From: an uncultured virus (IMG/VR IMGVR_UViG_3300006175_000006)
Taxonomy: Duplodnaviria > Heunggongvirae > Uroviricota > Caudoviricetes
Reading direction: 5' to 3' (one strand)
Virus record (IMG/VR): IMGVR_UViG_3300006175_000006
Location: 2,420-66,419 of that record
DNA length: 64,000 nucleotides
Shown here: piece after piece, positions 10,643 to 18,718 of the stretch
Numbering within the stretch: the first letter of the stretch is position 1
Layout: each line of letters begins with the position of its first letter
Notes under the pieces: model-generated
Database searches by the model: none
Told to the model about the DNA's origin: nothing
Seen by the model: the letters and a program-made list of their open reading frames with translations, nothing else
Program-made: the position numbers and the translations under genes

Positions 10643-10743
10643 TCCGCAAAGTCTGGATCATCGTCGCGGCGCTGCTCGCTGTCATCATCATCGTTGACGT
10701 GTTTCTCGGCAGCGGAATGCTGGGAATAGGGAAGAACCAGTGA
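10639..10743 (+). CDS. 34-aa single-TM peptide
   Basis: MIRKVWIIVAALLAVIIIVDVFLGSGMLGIGKNQ; 4-nt overlaps on both sides. Confidence 0.5.
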   Translation: MIRKVWIIVAALLAVIIIVDVFLGSGMLGIGKNQ

Positions 10744-11111
10744 AACGTCTGGTTGACCTCAGACCTCATTGGGTTACCTTTAATCACGTAGCTGAAAGTG
10801 TGCATTTCTATTACGGCTTGTCCTTTCTTTGTCCCCACTGCTCGCCCGGTCCATGTCCGACATGTGGTCATCAGGGCGGCAAGCGCCTCGCCGTAAGCTT
10901 TTGGCCGCCGATTGATCCTGATGATTGGTTATCACGCATTTCACCAGTTCCGCACGACCACTTTCATACGCGAGTACGCGGGGACACTTTCGAGACGCTG
11001 ACTTTATTTCCGAGCGTTGGCCTCGACCCGCACTGGCATGGAACTATTACGGACGGGCAACTCGTGCCATGATCGGCAGCGGAATGCTGGGCGTGGGGAG
11101 GAATCAGTGAA
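10706..11111 (+). repeat. Imperfect 39-bp direct repeat (10706-10744 and 11073-11111) flanking one gene
   Basis: tcggcagcggaatgctggg(aata/cgtg)ggga(a/g)gaa(c/t)cagtgaa; 5 mismatches. Confidence 0.85.
10740..11072 (+). CDS. CPxC...TLxPS...WHG protein, paralog 1 (DUF6527-like)
   Basis: FLCPHC, FETLTLFPSV, HWHGTITDG. Confidence 0.65.
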   Translation: MKRLVDLRPHWVTFNHVAESVHFYYGLSFLCPHCSPGPCPTCGHQGGKRLAVSFWPPIDPDDWLSRISPVPHDHFHTRVRGDTFETLTLFPSVGLDPHWHGTITDGQLVP

Positions 11112-11286
11112 CGAGTACGAACAGGCTATTCAGCTTGCCAATCGCGTTCTCGACAAACCTTACATTGATCCGGATGGCGACATTTGCTTACTTGCGCGTC
11201 AGTTCCTTCGTGCCGTCGAGCGGTTGCAGAACCACCCTGCCCTATTGAATCCCAACGACATGCTCGTTGTGGGGATGGCCCAATGA
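11107..11286 (+). CDS. Hypothetical protein
   Basis: GGAGG SD, GTG start, coupled to next gene. Confidence 0.55.
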   Translation: MNEYEQAIQLANRVLDKPYIDPDGDICLLARQFLRAVERLQNHPALLNPNDMLVVGMAQ

Positions 11287-11606
11287 AGTTAACCGGACTC
11301 GATCCGCGATGGCTTGAAGTTGACGGACGCCGTGTCGGGTTGACGTTTCTTTGTCCGCACTGTGGGCAAAAAGATGAGCGCCTAACGTGCTTTTTTGAGC
11401 CAACCACGTTCAAGCAGCAGGTTATCCTTATGCTGCCTATTACAGGCAGGGGGTATGGCGACCGGATTGATTGGGTTCCGTCGAAGCCAGATTTTGCGTG
11501 GTCAAAGAGCGGCGATGATTTTGAAACCCTGACGGTGGTGCCATCTATCGACGCCAGCGCCGCGAAGCATTGGCATGGCTTCATCACGAATGGCGAAATT
11601 AAATGA
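11283..11606 (+). CDS. CPxC...TxxPS...WHG protein, paralog 2 (DUF6527-like)
   Basis: FLCPHC, FETLTVVPSI, HWHGFITNG. Confidence 0.65.
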   Translation: MKLTGLDPRWLEVDGRRVGLTFLCPHCGQKDERLTCFFEPTTFKQQVILMLPITGRGYGDRIDWVPSKPDFAWSKSGDDFETLTVVPSIDASAAKHWHGFITNGEIK

Positions 11607-11716
11607 ACGGCACCCACGACTGGATGCGGCGGTTCTGGTGTTGGGTGTTGGGGCATCGCTGGCCGCGCACGGGAATGGCAATCTGTGAACGCTGCGGAAA
11701 GTCACGGTACAGATGA
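11603..11716 (+). CDS. 37-aa Cys/His peptide (DUF1660-like)
   Basis: FWCWVLGHRW...CERCGK; ATGA overlaps on both sides; below ORF-track cutoff. Confidence 0.5.
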   Translation: MNGTHDWMRRFWCWVLGHRWPRTGMAICERCGKSRYR

Positions 11717-11973
11717 TCAGCTTCAACGATTTCATCGGCTGGCAGTTAGCGCTTCTGCGCAATATCGAATACGGGGTTGTGGGCGGCCTGCTTTTTATCG
11801 CCGCGTTCGTGCTGCTATTCCGCTACATGAATTGGTCGCTTGGCCTCACGTTCAAGGAGCACGCCTGGGATGTTATCAAGTCAGATCCGAACGCTCTGGC
11901 TCTCTATTTTGGGCTGCGTATTCTGGGCGTCCTCATCGCTGGCGGCCTCTTTCTCGCCTCTTTTGTTAAATGA
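11713..11973 (+). CDS. Putative holin
   Basis: 86 aa, two hydrophobic helices, directly upstream of and overlapping the endolysin. Confidence 0.55.
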   Translation: MISFNDFIGWQLALLRNIEYGVVGGLLFIAAFVLLFRYMNWSLGLTFKEHAWDVIKSDPNALALYFGLRILGVLIAGGLFLASFVK

Positions 11974-12484
11974 CGACAAATACGACGACGCGATCCGGTC
12001 GGCCGTTAAACGCGACTGGCCGGATTTCGACGACTGGCGCTATTGGAAGGCCCAACTCTTTCAGGAAAGTCGCCTCAACCCGGATGCGGTTTCGCCCGTG
12101 GGCGCGGCCGGCATCGCCCAATTCATGCCCGGCACTTGGGCTGATGTGACCAAGCAACTCGGGTGGTCCGGCATTAGCTCCAATCAGGCAGACGCGGCAA
12201 TCGAGGCCGGCGCTTTCTACATGGGAAAGCTGCGCCGTTCATGGACTGCGCCTCGCCCGAAACTGGAACAGCATTTTTTGGGGCTCGCGTCTTACAACGC
12301 CGGGACGGGGAATATCGTAAAGGCACAGAAGCTTTGCGGCGGTGCCCTCTATTTCGCCACGCCAAGCCGCATCCCGGAAAAGACGATCGCGATGTGTCTG
12401 CCGCAGGTCACGGGGTCACTCGCACAGCAGACGATTGATTACGTCGCGAAGATCCAGGATTGGCGGAAGCAGTTGGAAAAGTAA
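11870..12484 (+). CDS. Endolysin, lytic transglycosylase (SLT family) with N-terminal signal/anchor
   Basis: QESRLNPDAVSPVGAAGIAQFMPGTW and LASYNAG motifs; AAGGAG SD before ATG 11870; hydrophobic N-terminus. Confidence 0.9.
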   Translation: MLSSQIRTLWLSILGCVFWASSSLAASFSPLLLNDDKYDDAIRSAVKRDWPDFDDWRYWKAQLFQESRLNPDAVSPVGAAGIAQFMPGTWADVTKQLGWSGISSNQADAAIEAGAFYMGKLRRSWTAPRPKLEQHFLGLASYNAGTGNIVKAQKLCGGALYFATPSRIPEKTIAMCLPQVTGSLAQQTIDYVAKIQDWRKQLEK

Positions 12485-12486
12485 CC

Positions 12487-12891
12487 ATGCGGATTGTCCG
12501 GGAGCGGCCGCCGAATTTCGACGCCATCGCCAAGGTGTTTCCTGGCGCGTATGGCTCGGGCGTGATCTTCTGCTACGGCGACACGCTATGCAATCCGTCC
12601 GGCGTTGCTCTCACCAAAGCGCTGGTCGCGCATGAAGAGGTCCATTCGGAACAGCAGAATGGCAACCCTCAAGCCTGGTGGGACAGATATTTATTGGACG
12701 TGGAATTCCGCCTCTCTCAAGAGTTACCGGCTCACGCGGCGGAGTATCAGATCGCAAGCCTTGGCCTCGCCCGGCCCGGTAGGCGTTTACACCTGAGAGA
12801 TATCAGCGAGAAGCTCGCGGCGCCCCTGTACGGCCGCATGATCAGCCCAGAAGAAGCAAAGAAGCAGATCCTCAAGCTTTCTCGCAAATAG
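12487..12891 (+). CDS. Small HExxH (zincin-like) protein
   Basis: AHEEVHSEQQ plus downstream Glu (QELPAH). Confidence 0.6.
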   Translation: MRIVRERPPNFDAIAKVFPGAYGSGVIFCYGDTLCNPSGVALTKALVAHEEVHSEQQNGNPQAWWDRYLLDVEFRLSQELPAHAAEYQIASLGLARPGRRLHLRDISEKLAAPLYGRMISPEEAKKQILKLSRK

Positions 12892-12902
12892 GGAATTGAA
12901 AA

Positions 12903-13274
12903 ATGACCGAAGCGGAACGGGCCTCGATCGCGCTGATTGTGCGTGAGGTCGTTGGCGAAACGCTCCGCAGCCTGTCCAGCATCGTTGACATTGAGGCCCG
13001 GCATGGCGTTTCGGCGGCGCTGCAGAAGATAGAATCGCACGAGCGCGTTTGTGGCGAGCGGGACAAAAATGCCGATGAACAGCGGCATCGTTTGGAAGAT
13101 AAAATTGACAGCATTTCCGAGCGAATGGACGGAAAAGCGCCGGTTCAGGATTTTGCAGCGCTGACCAAAAAGATAGATGGACTTTACCGGATTATCTGGT
13201 CGGCGACGCTTTCGATCATGGGCGTGATGCTCGTGCTGATCGGCTTTCTCGCCAAACGCGAGCTTTTCCCGTAA
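12903..13274 (+). CDS. Coiled-coil protein with C-terminal TM helix
   Basis: IIWSATLSIMGVMLVLIGFLA. Confidence 0.6.
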   Translation: MTEAERASIALIVREVVGETLRSLSSIVDIEARHGVSAALQKIESHERVCGERDKNADEQRHRLEDKIDSISERMDGKAPVQDFAALTKKIDGLYRIIWSATLSIMGVMLVLIGFLAKRELFP

Positions 13275-13315
13275 GCCGCAACCTGTTATCCATGCTTGGG
13301 TTGAGGGGACGATAC

Positions 13316-13438
13316 ATGCAAAACATGCTTCGGACTGCCGCGCCCGGGCTCTTGGCCGCCGGCGCCATCATCCTTTTCGTTGTGATCCTCGGATACGGCT
13401 CGCGGTTTCTTGCCCCTTTTCTTTATGACCGGCGCTGA
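13316..13438 (+). CDS. 40-aa single-TM peptide
   Basis: GAGGGG SD; LLAAGAIILFVVILGYG. Confidence 0.4.
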   Translation: MQNMLRTAAPGLLAAGAIILFVVILGYGSRFLAPFLYDRR

Positions 13439-13444
13439 TCGGCC

Positions 13445-13948
13445 ATGACCGCGCTCATCAAAATGATCGACCAAGCCTTCTTTCCCGGGGCGTGGGCGGT
13501 CTATCTCGTCGCCGCGGTGCTGGCGTGGGGCGCGGGCGTGGCGAGTGGGACCTACATCATGCACCTGATCGACGCGCCGAAACTTGCTGCGTCGAAGCAG
13601 GAAACGGCGGAAGCCAAAGCCGCGACCGCGGCCGAAGTGGCGCTTTATAACGATCTGCAATCCAGGATGAACGCGGCCGCCGCGGTAGCTGCGGAGAAGG
13701 CCGCGGCGCTTTCGGCCAAAGCGGCTGAGCAATCGCGCGCCGATGCTGGCATGATCGCGAAGCTCCAAGCCAAACTCACCGCCGAACAGACCGCCCACGC
13801 GAAAACCTCGGCCCAATTAACTGCGGAGTTGAACCATGCGTCCTCAAGCGAAGATCGCGAGCTTGGGCCTGCTTTCCTGCGCTTTCTTAATGGGGTGCGC
13901 GACCGCCAAGCCGCCGCCGGTACAGCAGCCGGCACAAGTGGTCCATGA
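13445..13948 (+). CDS. Inner-membrane spanin (Rz-like)
   Basis: N-terminal TM followed by Ala-rich coiled coil; overlaps a lipoprotein gene. Confidence 0.75.
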   Translation: MTALIKMIDQAFFPGAWAVYLVAAVLAWGAGVASGTYIMHLIDAPKLAASKQETAEAKAATAAEVALYNDLQSRMNAAAAVAAEKAAALSAKAAEQSRADAGMIAKLQAKLTAEQTAHAKTSAQLTAELNHASSSEDRELGPAFLRFLNGVRDRQAAAGTAAGTSGP

Positions 13949-14150
13949 CGTCGTAACCGTTCCCAAGAATATCTACCCGGACGTTCCGGCGGATGATCTG
14001 ATGTGTGCGGACGAACCGGCTGTCCCCCCCGCGGTCAAAACCGAAGTTCAGGCGGGGCTCTGGACCAATGAGCTTATCGACGCTGGCGACGACTGCCGGA
14101 AGAAGCTGCGGACGATCCGCGATATCGTAAGCAAGTGGCCGAAAAGCTGA
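13836..14150 (+). CDS. Outer-membrane spanin lipoprotein (Rz1-like)
   Basis: Lipobox FLMGC, Pro-rich mature part, two further Cys, GGAG SD; out-of-frame overlap with i-spanin. Confidence 0.8.
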   Translation: MRPQAKIASLGLLSCAFLMGCATAKPPPVQQPAQVVHDVVTVPKNIYPDVPADDLMCADEPAVPPAVKTEVQAGLWTNELIDAGDDCRKKLRTIRDIVSKWPKS

Positions 14151-14524
14151 TGGGTAACGCGGCCACAATCATCTTTTTTGGAAGCCTCGCGTCTGCGCTG
14201 CTCGCCATCGCCGCCTTCGCCGGCCCGGTCCTCAAGCCGATTGTTGGTGGGCCACTCCCCTTTGCGAGCGGCGTAGAGCTTGCCCAGGCGCAACAGACGA
14301 TCCAGCAGCAGCAGCAGACCAATCAACGGATCCTGCAGCAGCTACAGGCGGTTCAGCGGCAAACCGATTTCGCGACGCTCGGGCAGTTGGAATTTCAGTT
14401 GCAGCTTACGCTTCACGAAGCCGCCGGCCGGAAACTAACGCTTGGCGAGGAACAGTTTATCCAGTCGCTAAGAAATCAGATTGCCGCTGCCCGCGTGCGG
14501 CTCAATCTGCCGCCCGGCAATTAG
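14150..14524 (+). CDS. N-terminal TM, Gln-rich protein
   Basis: TGATG overlap; hydrophobic N-terminus. Confidence 0.55.
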   Translation: MGNAATIIFFGSLASALLAIAAFAGPVLKPIVGGPLPFASGVELAQAQQTIQQQQQTNQRILQQLQAVQRQTDFATLGQLEFQLQLTLHEAAGRKLTLGEEQFIQSLRNQIAAARVRLNLPPGN

Positions 14525-14548
14525 GCCGCGTTTCGCCTAGCGGAAAGA

Positions 14549-14577
14549 TTGCCAACGTAATGACGTGCATATAGCCT
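14549..14577 (+). promoter_or_regulatory. Sigma70-type promoter
   Basis: TTGCCA-N17-TAGCCT, preceded by hairpin taggc..gccta (14522-14539). Confidence 0.55.
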
Positions 14578-14602
14578 GAGCGTATCCAACAGGAGATTTC
14601 TC

Positions 14603-14839
14603 ATGGCGAAACACAATATCGACGACCCCAAGCATCCTCATTATCTCGTGCCAATCAAAAAGGGCATGAAACTCACCCCGACCGATCCATCAGCCATCAA
14701 GGGCGTCGGACTTCATCAGTCCGGGCACCTCGACTTCGAAGCCGCCAACGATCCGGTTCGCACGGAGAACCCTGACGGGACGGTCACAGATGTTCTTTCC
14801 ATCGCCCGCACCTACAATCCAAACCCGAAGTCCAAGTGA
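14603..14839 (+). CDS. Hypothetical protein (moron-like)
   Basis: AGGAGA SD; own promoter. Confidence 0.65.
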   Translation: MAKHNIDDPKHPHYLVPIKKGMKLTPTDPSAIKGVGLHQSGHLDFEAANDPVRTENPDGTVTDVLSIARTYNPNPKSK

Positions 14840-14861
14840 GGCGTATGCCTTCGCACGAAAG

Positions 14862-15131
14862 ATGATCGTGTCGCCCGGCGAGGAAGTGTTCATCGTCCGC
14901 GCCGGGCCGGAGGCTAAGTCTTATCTCGATCCATGGTGGTCTCAGTGCCCGGTACGCCGCCGTGGGCCGGTGGCCATGGCGTGTGCTTTCACGGGTGGCC
15001 CGGCGACCACATGGCTGCTGCGGGCGGCGTTTGGGGCGCTTCAATTAAAGGGTGTCAGGCGCGTCTGGTGGTACACGGTGCGTCACGGTAGGCTGCGCGT
15101 GATGCGGTATCCGCCAAGGAAACCCCGGTGA
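14862..15131 (+). CDS. Hypothetical basic protein
   Basis: ORF fills gap between neighbours; start uncertain. Confidence 0.35.
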   Translation: MIVSPGEEVFIVRAGPEAKSYLDPWWSQCPVRRRGPVAMACAFTGGPATTWLLRAAFGALQLKGVRRVWWYTVRHGRLRVMRYPPRKPR

Positions 15132-15238
15132 GGTTGGAGCGGACCCGATTCTGGATAGACGTATTGACTTGGACGTGGGTCGTCTTAGCCATGGGATTGG
15201 TCATATCCGGCTTCGTGCTTGATCCGCCTTGGCATTGA

Positions 15239-15778
15239 ATGACCGGGAAGCTCTACAGTCTCGTCACGCTCGCCCTCCCGCTTCTGTTGTCCCTGCTGTT
15301 CCTGTGGCTGGCCATGCCATTCGCGTGGCTCGATCTCGCCCTGATCGTCCCCTATTTTCTCGCGTTCAACCTGATTGAATATCTGCTTCACCGCTGGCCG
15401 ATGCACAGGCCGGGCACGGCGCTATACGAGCATGTGACGGTTCACCATCACGCCTTCCCGCCGTCGCATCTCTACATCACGGAAGACCGGGATAACTTCT
15501 CGGTGGTGGTCCCCGCCTACGTGTGCATCGGCCTACTGGCGGCAATGGCCCCCATAGGCTTCACGATCGGCATACACGCCGGGTTCTTCCTGCTCGGGAT
15601 CGGCATGGCGTATTATTTTGTCTACGAACTGCTGCACTACGCCGCCCATGCCGGTGTTCGCTCGCGGTTTGCTCGGCATCACCTGGCGCATCACCAGATT
15701 GCCGGGTGCAACTACAATATCAATTTTCCGATTTTGGATTGGGTGGTTGGGACGTTAGCCGATACCCGCTCGTGCTAA
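15239..15778 (+). CDS. Fatty-acid hydroxylase / sterol desaturase family protein
   Basis: His boxes EYLLHRWPMH, HVTVHHH, YELLHYAAH, HHLAHH and NYNI..LDWVVGT; TM segments. Confidence 0.85.
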   Translation: MTGKLYSLVTLALPLLLSLLFLWLAMPFAWLDLALIVPYFLAFNLIEYLLHRWPMHRPGTALYEHVTVHHHAFPPSHLYITEDRDNFSVVVPAYVCIGLLAAMAPIGFTIGIHAGFFLLGIGMAYYFVYELLHYAAHAGVRSRFARHHLAHHQIAGCNYNINFPILDWVVGTLADTRSC

Positions 15779-15793
15779 GGTGCTGCCCGGGTC

Positions 15794-15822
15794 GGGCGAC
15801 CGGTGGACAAGACCGGCCGCCC
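15794..15822. terminator. Hairpin between convergent genes
   Basis: gggcgaccggt / accggccgccc, 11-bp stem with one mismatch. Confidence 0.55.
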
Positions 15823-15824
15823 AT

Positions 15825-16442
15825 TCACAAATCCGGACAGACTTCCTTTCGTGGTTTGTCGCCATCAAGCCCTGGCGACGTTGGGCCTTCCCGCTGCTGC
15901 AGGAATTCGTCGACGTTCTTCTGATGCACGGTAAAGGTGAGCGCGACCACGGCGGGGTTATCGTTCCATGACCGGATGCCGTGAATTTTCCACCACAGGG
16001 CGGCGAAGGCTTGGATTGGATCTGTGCCATCGCAGCCTCCGCCGGCGGACCAATCCCGGTCGCTGCCATAAACGCCCTCGCCCTTCGCGTCGGCCTCAGT
16101 GATATCTTGGAGGCGCTGCAGCCGCACGGCGGTTACCTCGAGCGTGAAGCGCGAAGCCCAACGCGGCATGTGAATGGACGGGCGCCATCTTCCCTGCGGC
16201 GCGTAGGCGTTGTCGGCGGCAAAGAAAATCTTTGACCGCGGCATGTGGCACGGAAGGACATTTTGATAGAGCGAGTGGGGTTTCCAGTTCTCCCGGACGT
16301 AAAGCAAATCCCCGGGCTCGGCATTGACCCACGCCGCATTGCGGCCGCTCGGGGTTTGCGCCAAGCGGCGGGTTTGATGTTTCCTGCCCTCTATGAGAGC
16401 CCGCACCATCGGCGCGCTGAATATTATTGGCCGGATGGTCAT
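15825..16442 (-). CDS. ASCH/PUA-like conserved phage protein
   Basis: PIIFSAPMVRALIEGRKHQTRR, GDLLYVRE, WRPSIHMPRWASR, RLQDITEADAKGEG, SWNDNP. Confidence 0.8.
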   Translation of the reverse strand: MTIRPIIFSAPMVRALIEGRKHQTRRLAQTPSGRNAAWVNAEPGDLLYVRENWKPHSLYQNVLPCHMPRSKIFFAADNAYAPQGRWRPSIHMPRWASRFTLEVTAVRLQRLQDITEADAKGEGVYGSDRDWSAGGGCDGTDPIQAFAALWWKIHGIRSWNDNPAVVALTFTVHQKNVDEFLQQREGPTSPGLDGDKPRKEVCPDL

Positions 16443-16626
16443 GCTGGTACCGTTTCGAAAAGTTGCCCAATCCATTGGCAAATCCGGTCCGGCCCCGACT
16501 TTTGTCCGGACCGCCCGCCGATCTCCGAAGAACTCGACAGGTATTCGAGCCGTCCGTTCTGGGTCTTCACTCATCGTTCGGGTGACCTCTCTCCGTTGGG
16601 TGCTCATGGCTTGGGAATGATTATAA

Positions 16627-16992
16627 TTAGAGCCGCGCATTGAAAGCCGCCGCGTTGTGATTGCCTGGATACTTGCAATCTGGATTGGCGCCTGACATGG
16701 GCTTGCCGCACTCACAACACTTCATGCCGGGTGCTGAAGTTGGCAGCAACGCCGGGTTCCCGATAAGAGCGCGTGTATCTTGACCAAGCGTAGGATCGAC
16801 AAGCGACTCGGACCAAATGTCGTGATACCGGCGCAGCAACCCAATCGCCTCATCTCTTTCGCGTGTGAGGCTGGCTATGGTGTCGGCGGCTCTGCCGAGT
16901 GCGCGTGCGTCGATGTTGTCGAGTACACCCTTGTCGCCCTTCGCCGCGAGCGATCGGAGCCAAGTTTCAATCTCCATGTTCATCATTCGCAT
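16627..16992 (-). CDS. Hypothetical protein with C-terminal CxxC
   Basis: ORF in the leftward gene run. Confidence 0.5.
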   Translation of the reverse strand: MRMMNMEIETWLRSLAAKGDKGVLDNIDARALGRAADTIASLTRERDEAIGLLRRYHDIWSESLVDPTLGQDTRALIGNPALLPTSAPGMKCCECGKPMSGANPDCKYPGNHNAAAFNARL

Positions 16993-17413
16993 CCCGTTTT
17001 AGAGCAGCTACGGCTATTATCTCAGCATCCATTCCACGCGTGCTTATCTCTCCATGACATTTGTCACATACGACAAATCCGTCGAACAGGTTTTGTGAAA
17101 TCTCGCGCAATGCCGCGGTGAGCCGATACTGCGTGTGCGTAAATTCGACCATCGCAGCGTGCATGGAGTTGAGCAACGAAAGCGCCCCCTCGATACCTTC
17201 CTCGAACTCGTCTGTCCGGACGTGTTTGCCAGTGAATTTGTCGTGGATTACGCTGTGGTCAATGAAGAACCGTGGCGCTTCCGGGTGCATTATTCCGGCC
17301 TCGCAGCTTAAATTGTCCGGGTCTTCGGCTATCTTTTTCATCAGCCATTCTTTTGTGAAAAGTGGCTTCGCCTCACTCATGTTCATCACCCCCTGCTGCG
17401 GTGGTGTAATCAT
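16967..17413 (-). CDS. Hypothetical protein
   Basis: ORF in the leftward gene run; CDKC motif; start uncertain. Confidence 0.55.
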   Translation of the reverse strand: MITPPQQGVMNMSEAKPLFTKEWLMKKIAEDPDNLSCEAGIMHPEAPRFFIDHSVIHDKFTGKHVRTDEFEEGIEGALSLLNSMHAAMVEFTHTQYRLTAALREISQNLFDGFVVCDKCHGEISTRGMDAEIIAVAALKRDANDEHGD

Positions 17414-17609
17414 GATCCACCCGCCCTAACATCATGCAGGTATGCAGTTTTGCGGCTAACTGTCCGGGCAGGGGGTTAGTTGCGAGCACGGCAATCATGT
17501 TTTTTAAGCTGATGGCCGTCCCGCGCGGCGGCAGTTCAGGCAACATTCTCACCGCAATCCTCGCCGCTTCCTCCCCCGCCATCGGTTGAGGTGCGGATTG
17601 CGAGAGTGT

Positions 17610-17882
17610 TCAGCGGACTTCTCCGTTTGTGATATGCCCATGCCAGCCGTTGCAGTGTCGGCACATTCCAACGTCATCGATGCTTGGCGTTATGCTCATA
17701 TCGCCCCACGCTGGCGGAAGCGCAGTGGTCGCATGACTGCCGTTTTTTGGATCGAATGGCCCGAGCTTGAGATCGACTATCACGGCACCTAGCCTGCAAG
17801 ACGGGCAGCGGAATGTTATTCGAGTATCCGCGCGGATGTTGTTCGTTGGGATTTCGCGCGGCTCAAGTTCTGTCAGGCGCAT
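17610..17882 (-). CDS. CPxC...SITPSI...WHG protein, paralog 3 (DUF6527-like)
   Basis: MRLTELEPR, FRCPSC, MSITPSI, WHGHITNGEV. Confidence 0.65.
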   Translation of the reverse strand: MRLTELEPREIPTNNIRADTRITFRCPSCRLGAVIVDLKLGPFDPKNGSHATTALPPAWGDMSITPSIDDVGMCRHCNGWHGHITNGEVR

Positions 17883-18162
17883 GTCCGTCCTCTCTTATGA
17901 GATTGTACCGTTCGCGGTGCATCGCTAATGCCGCCGTCATATCCTTTGATTCCGTGATCTTGCTCTGCCGATACCTACCCTCTGACAGATTGGTGCAGAG
18001 ACGGATTTTGTGGTTAGGCCACCACCAGCATTCTCCGGTCTTGTCTTGAAACACGCCGAAGAAAAACTCATCGGGCGAGGCGTGCCAGACCATATGACAA
18101 ATCCCTTCGCCAAGCGGCGTCGTGAGGTACAGCGGAGGGTTAAGTTGGGTCAGGCGTGTCAC
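17863..18162 (-). CDS. Conserved-type small phage protein
   Basis: QLNPPLYLTTPLGEG...TGECWWWPNHKIR. Confidence 0.6.
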   Translation of the reverse strand: MTRLTQLNPPLYLTTPLGEGICHMVWHASPDEFFFGVFQDKTGECWWWPNHKIRLCTNLSEGRYRQSKITESKDMTAALAMHRERYNLIREDGHAPDRT

Positions 18163-18253
18163 TGGCGTTCCTTTCCGGCGGGACTAGACCAGCAAGTATA
18201 TCGGCGACCGAGAGCCCGCACCATCGGCGCGCTGAATATTATTGGCCGGATGG

Positions 18254-18718
18254 TCATGCTGGTACCGTTTCGAAAAGTTGCCCAATCCATTGGCAAATCC
18301 GGTCCGGCCCCGACTTTGTCGCCTGATCCCACTCGCCGGCGTAATCCGGCCCGTCCCCGCGCGGCCCGTGAAAGGATATCTGCCCGGTCGGGATTTCGAC
18401 GTACAGCACGAAGCGGTGCGGGCTGTCCTCGCTCATGGTCGGGTCGACTTTCCAGCCCCATACGATCCCGGTGCTTTCGGCGTGCGCGGACAATTCCTTG
18501 CACAGATTGTTCATGGACCGGTGCTTTCGGTCGTAAGCGTCGGCCTTGTATCGTCTGCCGCGGTAGACCTTGGCGCGCTCCGAGCATTTGCAGGCGCGAA
18601 AGAGGTTCAGCGCAATGAGACCGCGGGGGCCAAGGGTCATAAGTTTGTCGTACAGCGCTTTGGTGCGCTCGCCGTCGCTGGCGGCGTAAACGTCGATCGC
18701 TTCCCAGAAGGTTGTCAT
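18254..18718 (-). CDS. Hypothetical phage protein
   Basis: VLYVEIPTGQISFH..YAGEWD motif; ATGA coupling. Confidence 0.65.
   Translation of the reverse strand: MTTFWEAIDVYAASDGERTKALYDKLMTLGPRGLIALNLFRACKCSERAKVYRGRRYKADAYDRKHRSMNNLCKELSAHAESTGIVWGWKVDPTMSEDSPHRFVLYVEIPTGQISFHGPRGDGPDYAGEWDQATKSGPDRICQWIGQLFETVPA

Larger units (their letters stand above)
16395..18317. repeat. Exact 108-bp direct repeat (16395-16502 and 18210-18317)
   Basis: gagagcccgcaccatc...ggccccgacttt read identical in both places. Confidence 0.92.

Noticed and set aside
15825-16715. 296-aa version of the ASCH-like ORF
   Set aside because: Family-like sequence begins at Met 16442; the extension runs through the repeat and likely reflects the rearrangement
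16395-18317. 108-bp repeat pair as DGR template/variable repeats
   Set aside because: Copies are identical with no adenine-specific differences, not at a gene 3' variable region, and no reverse transcriptase is visible
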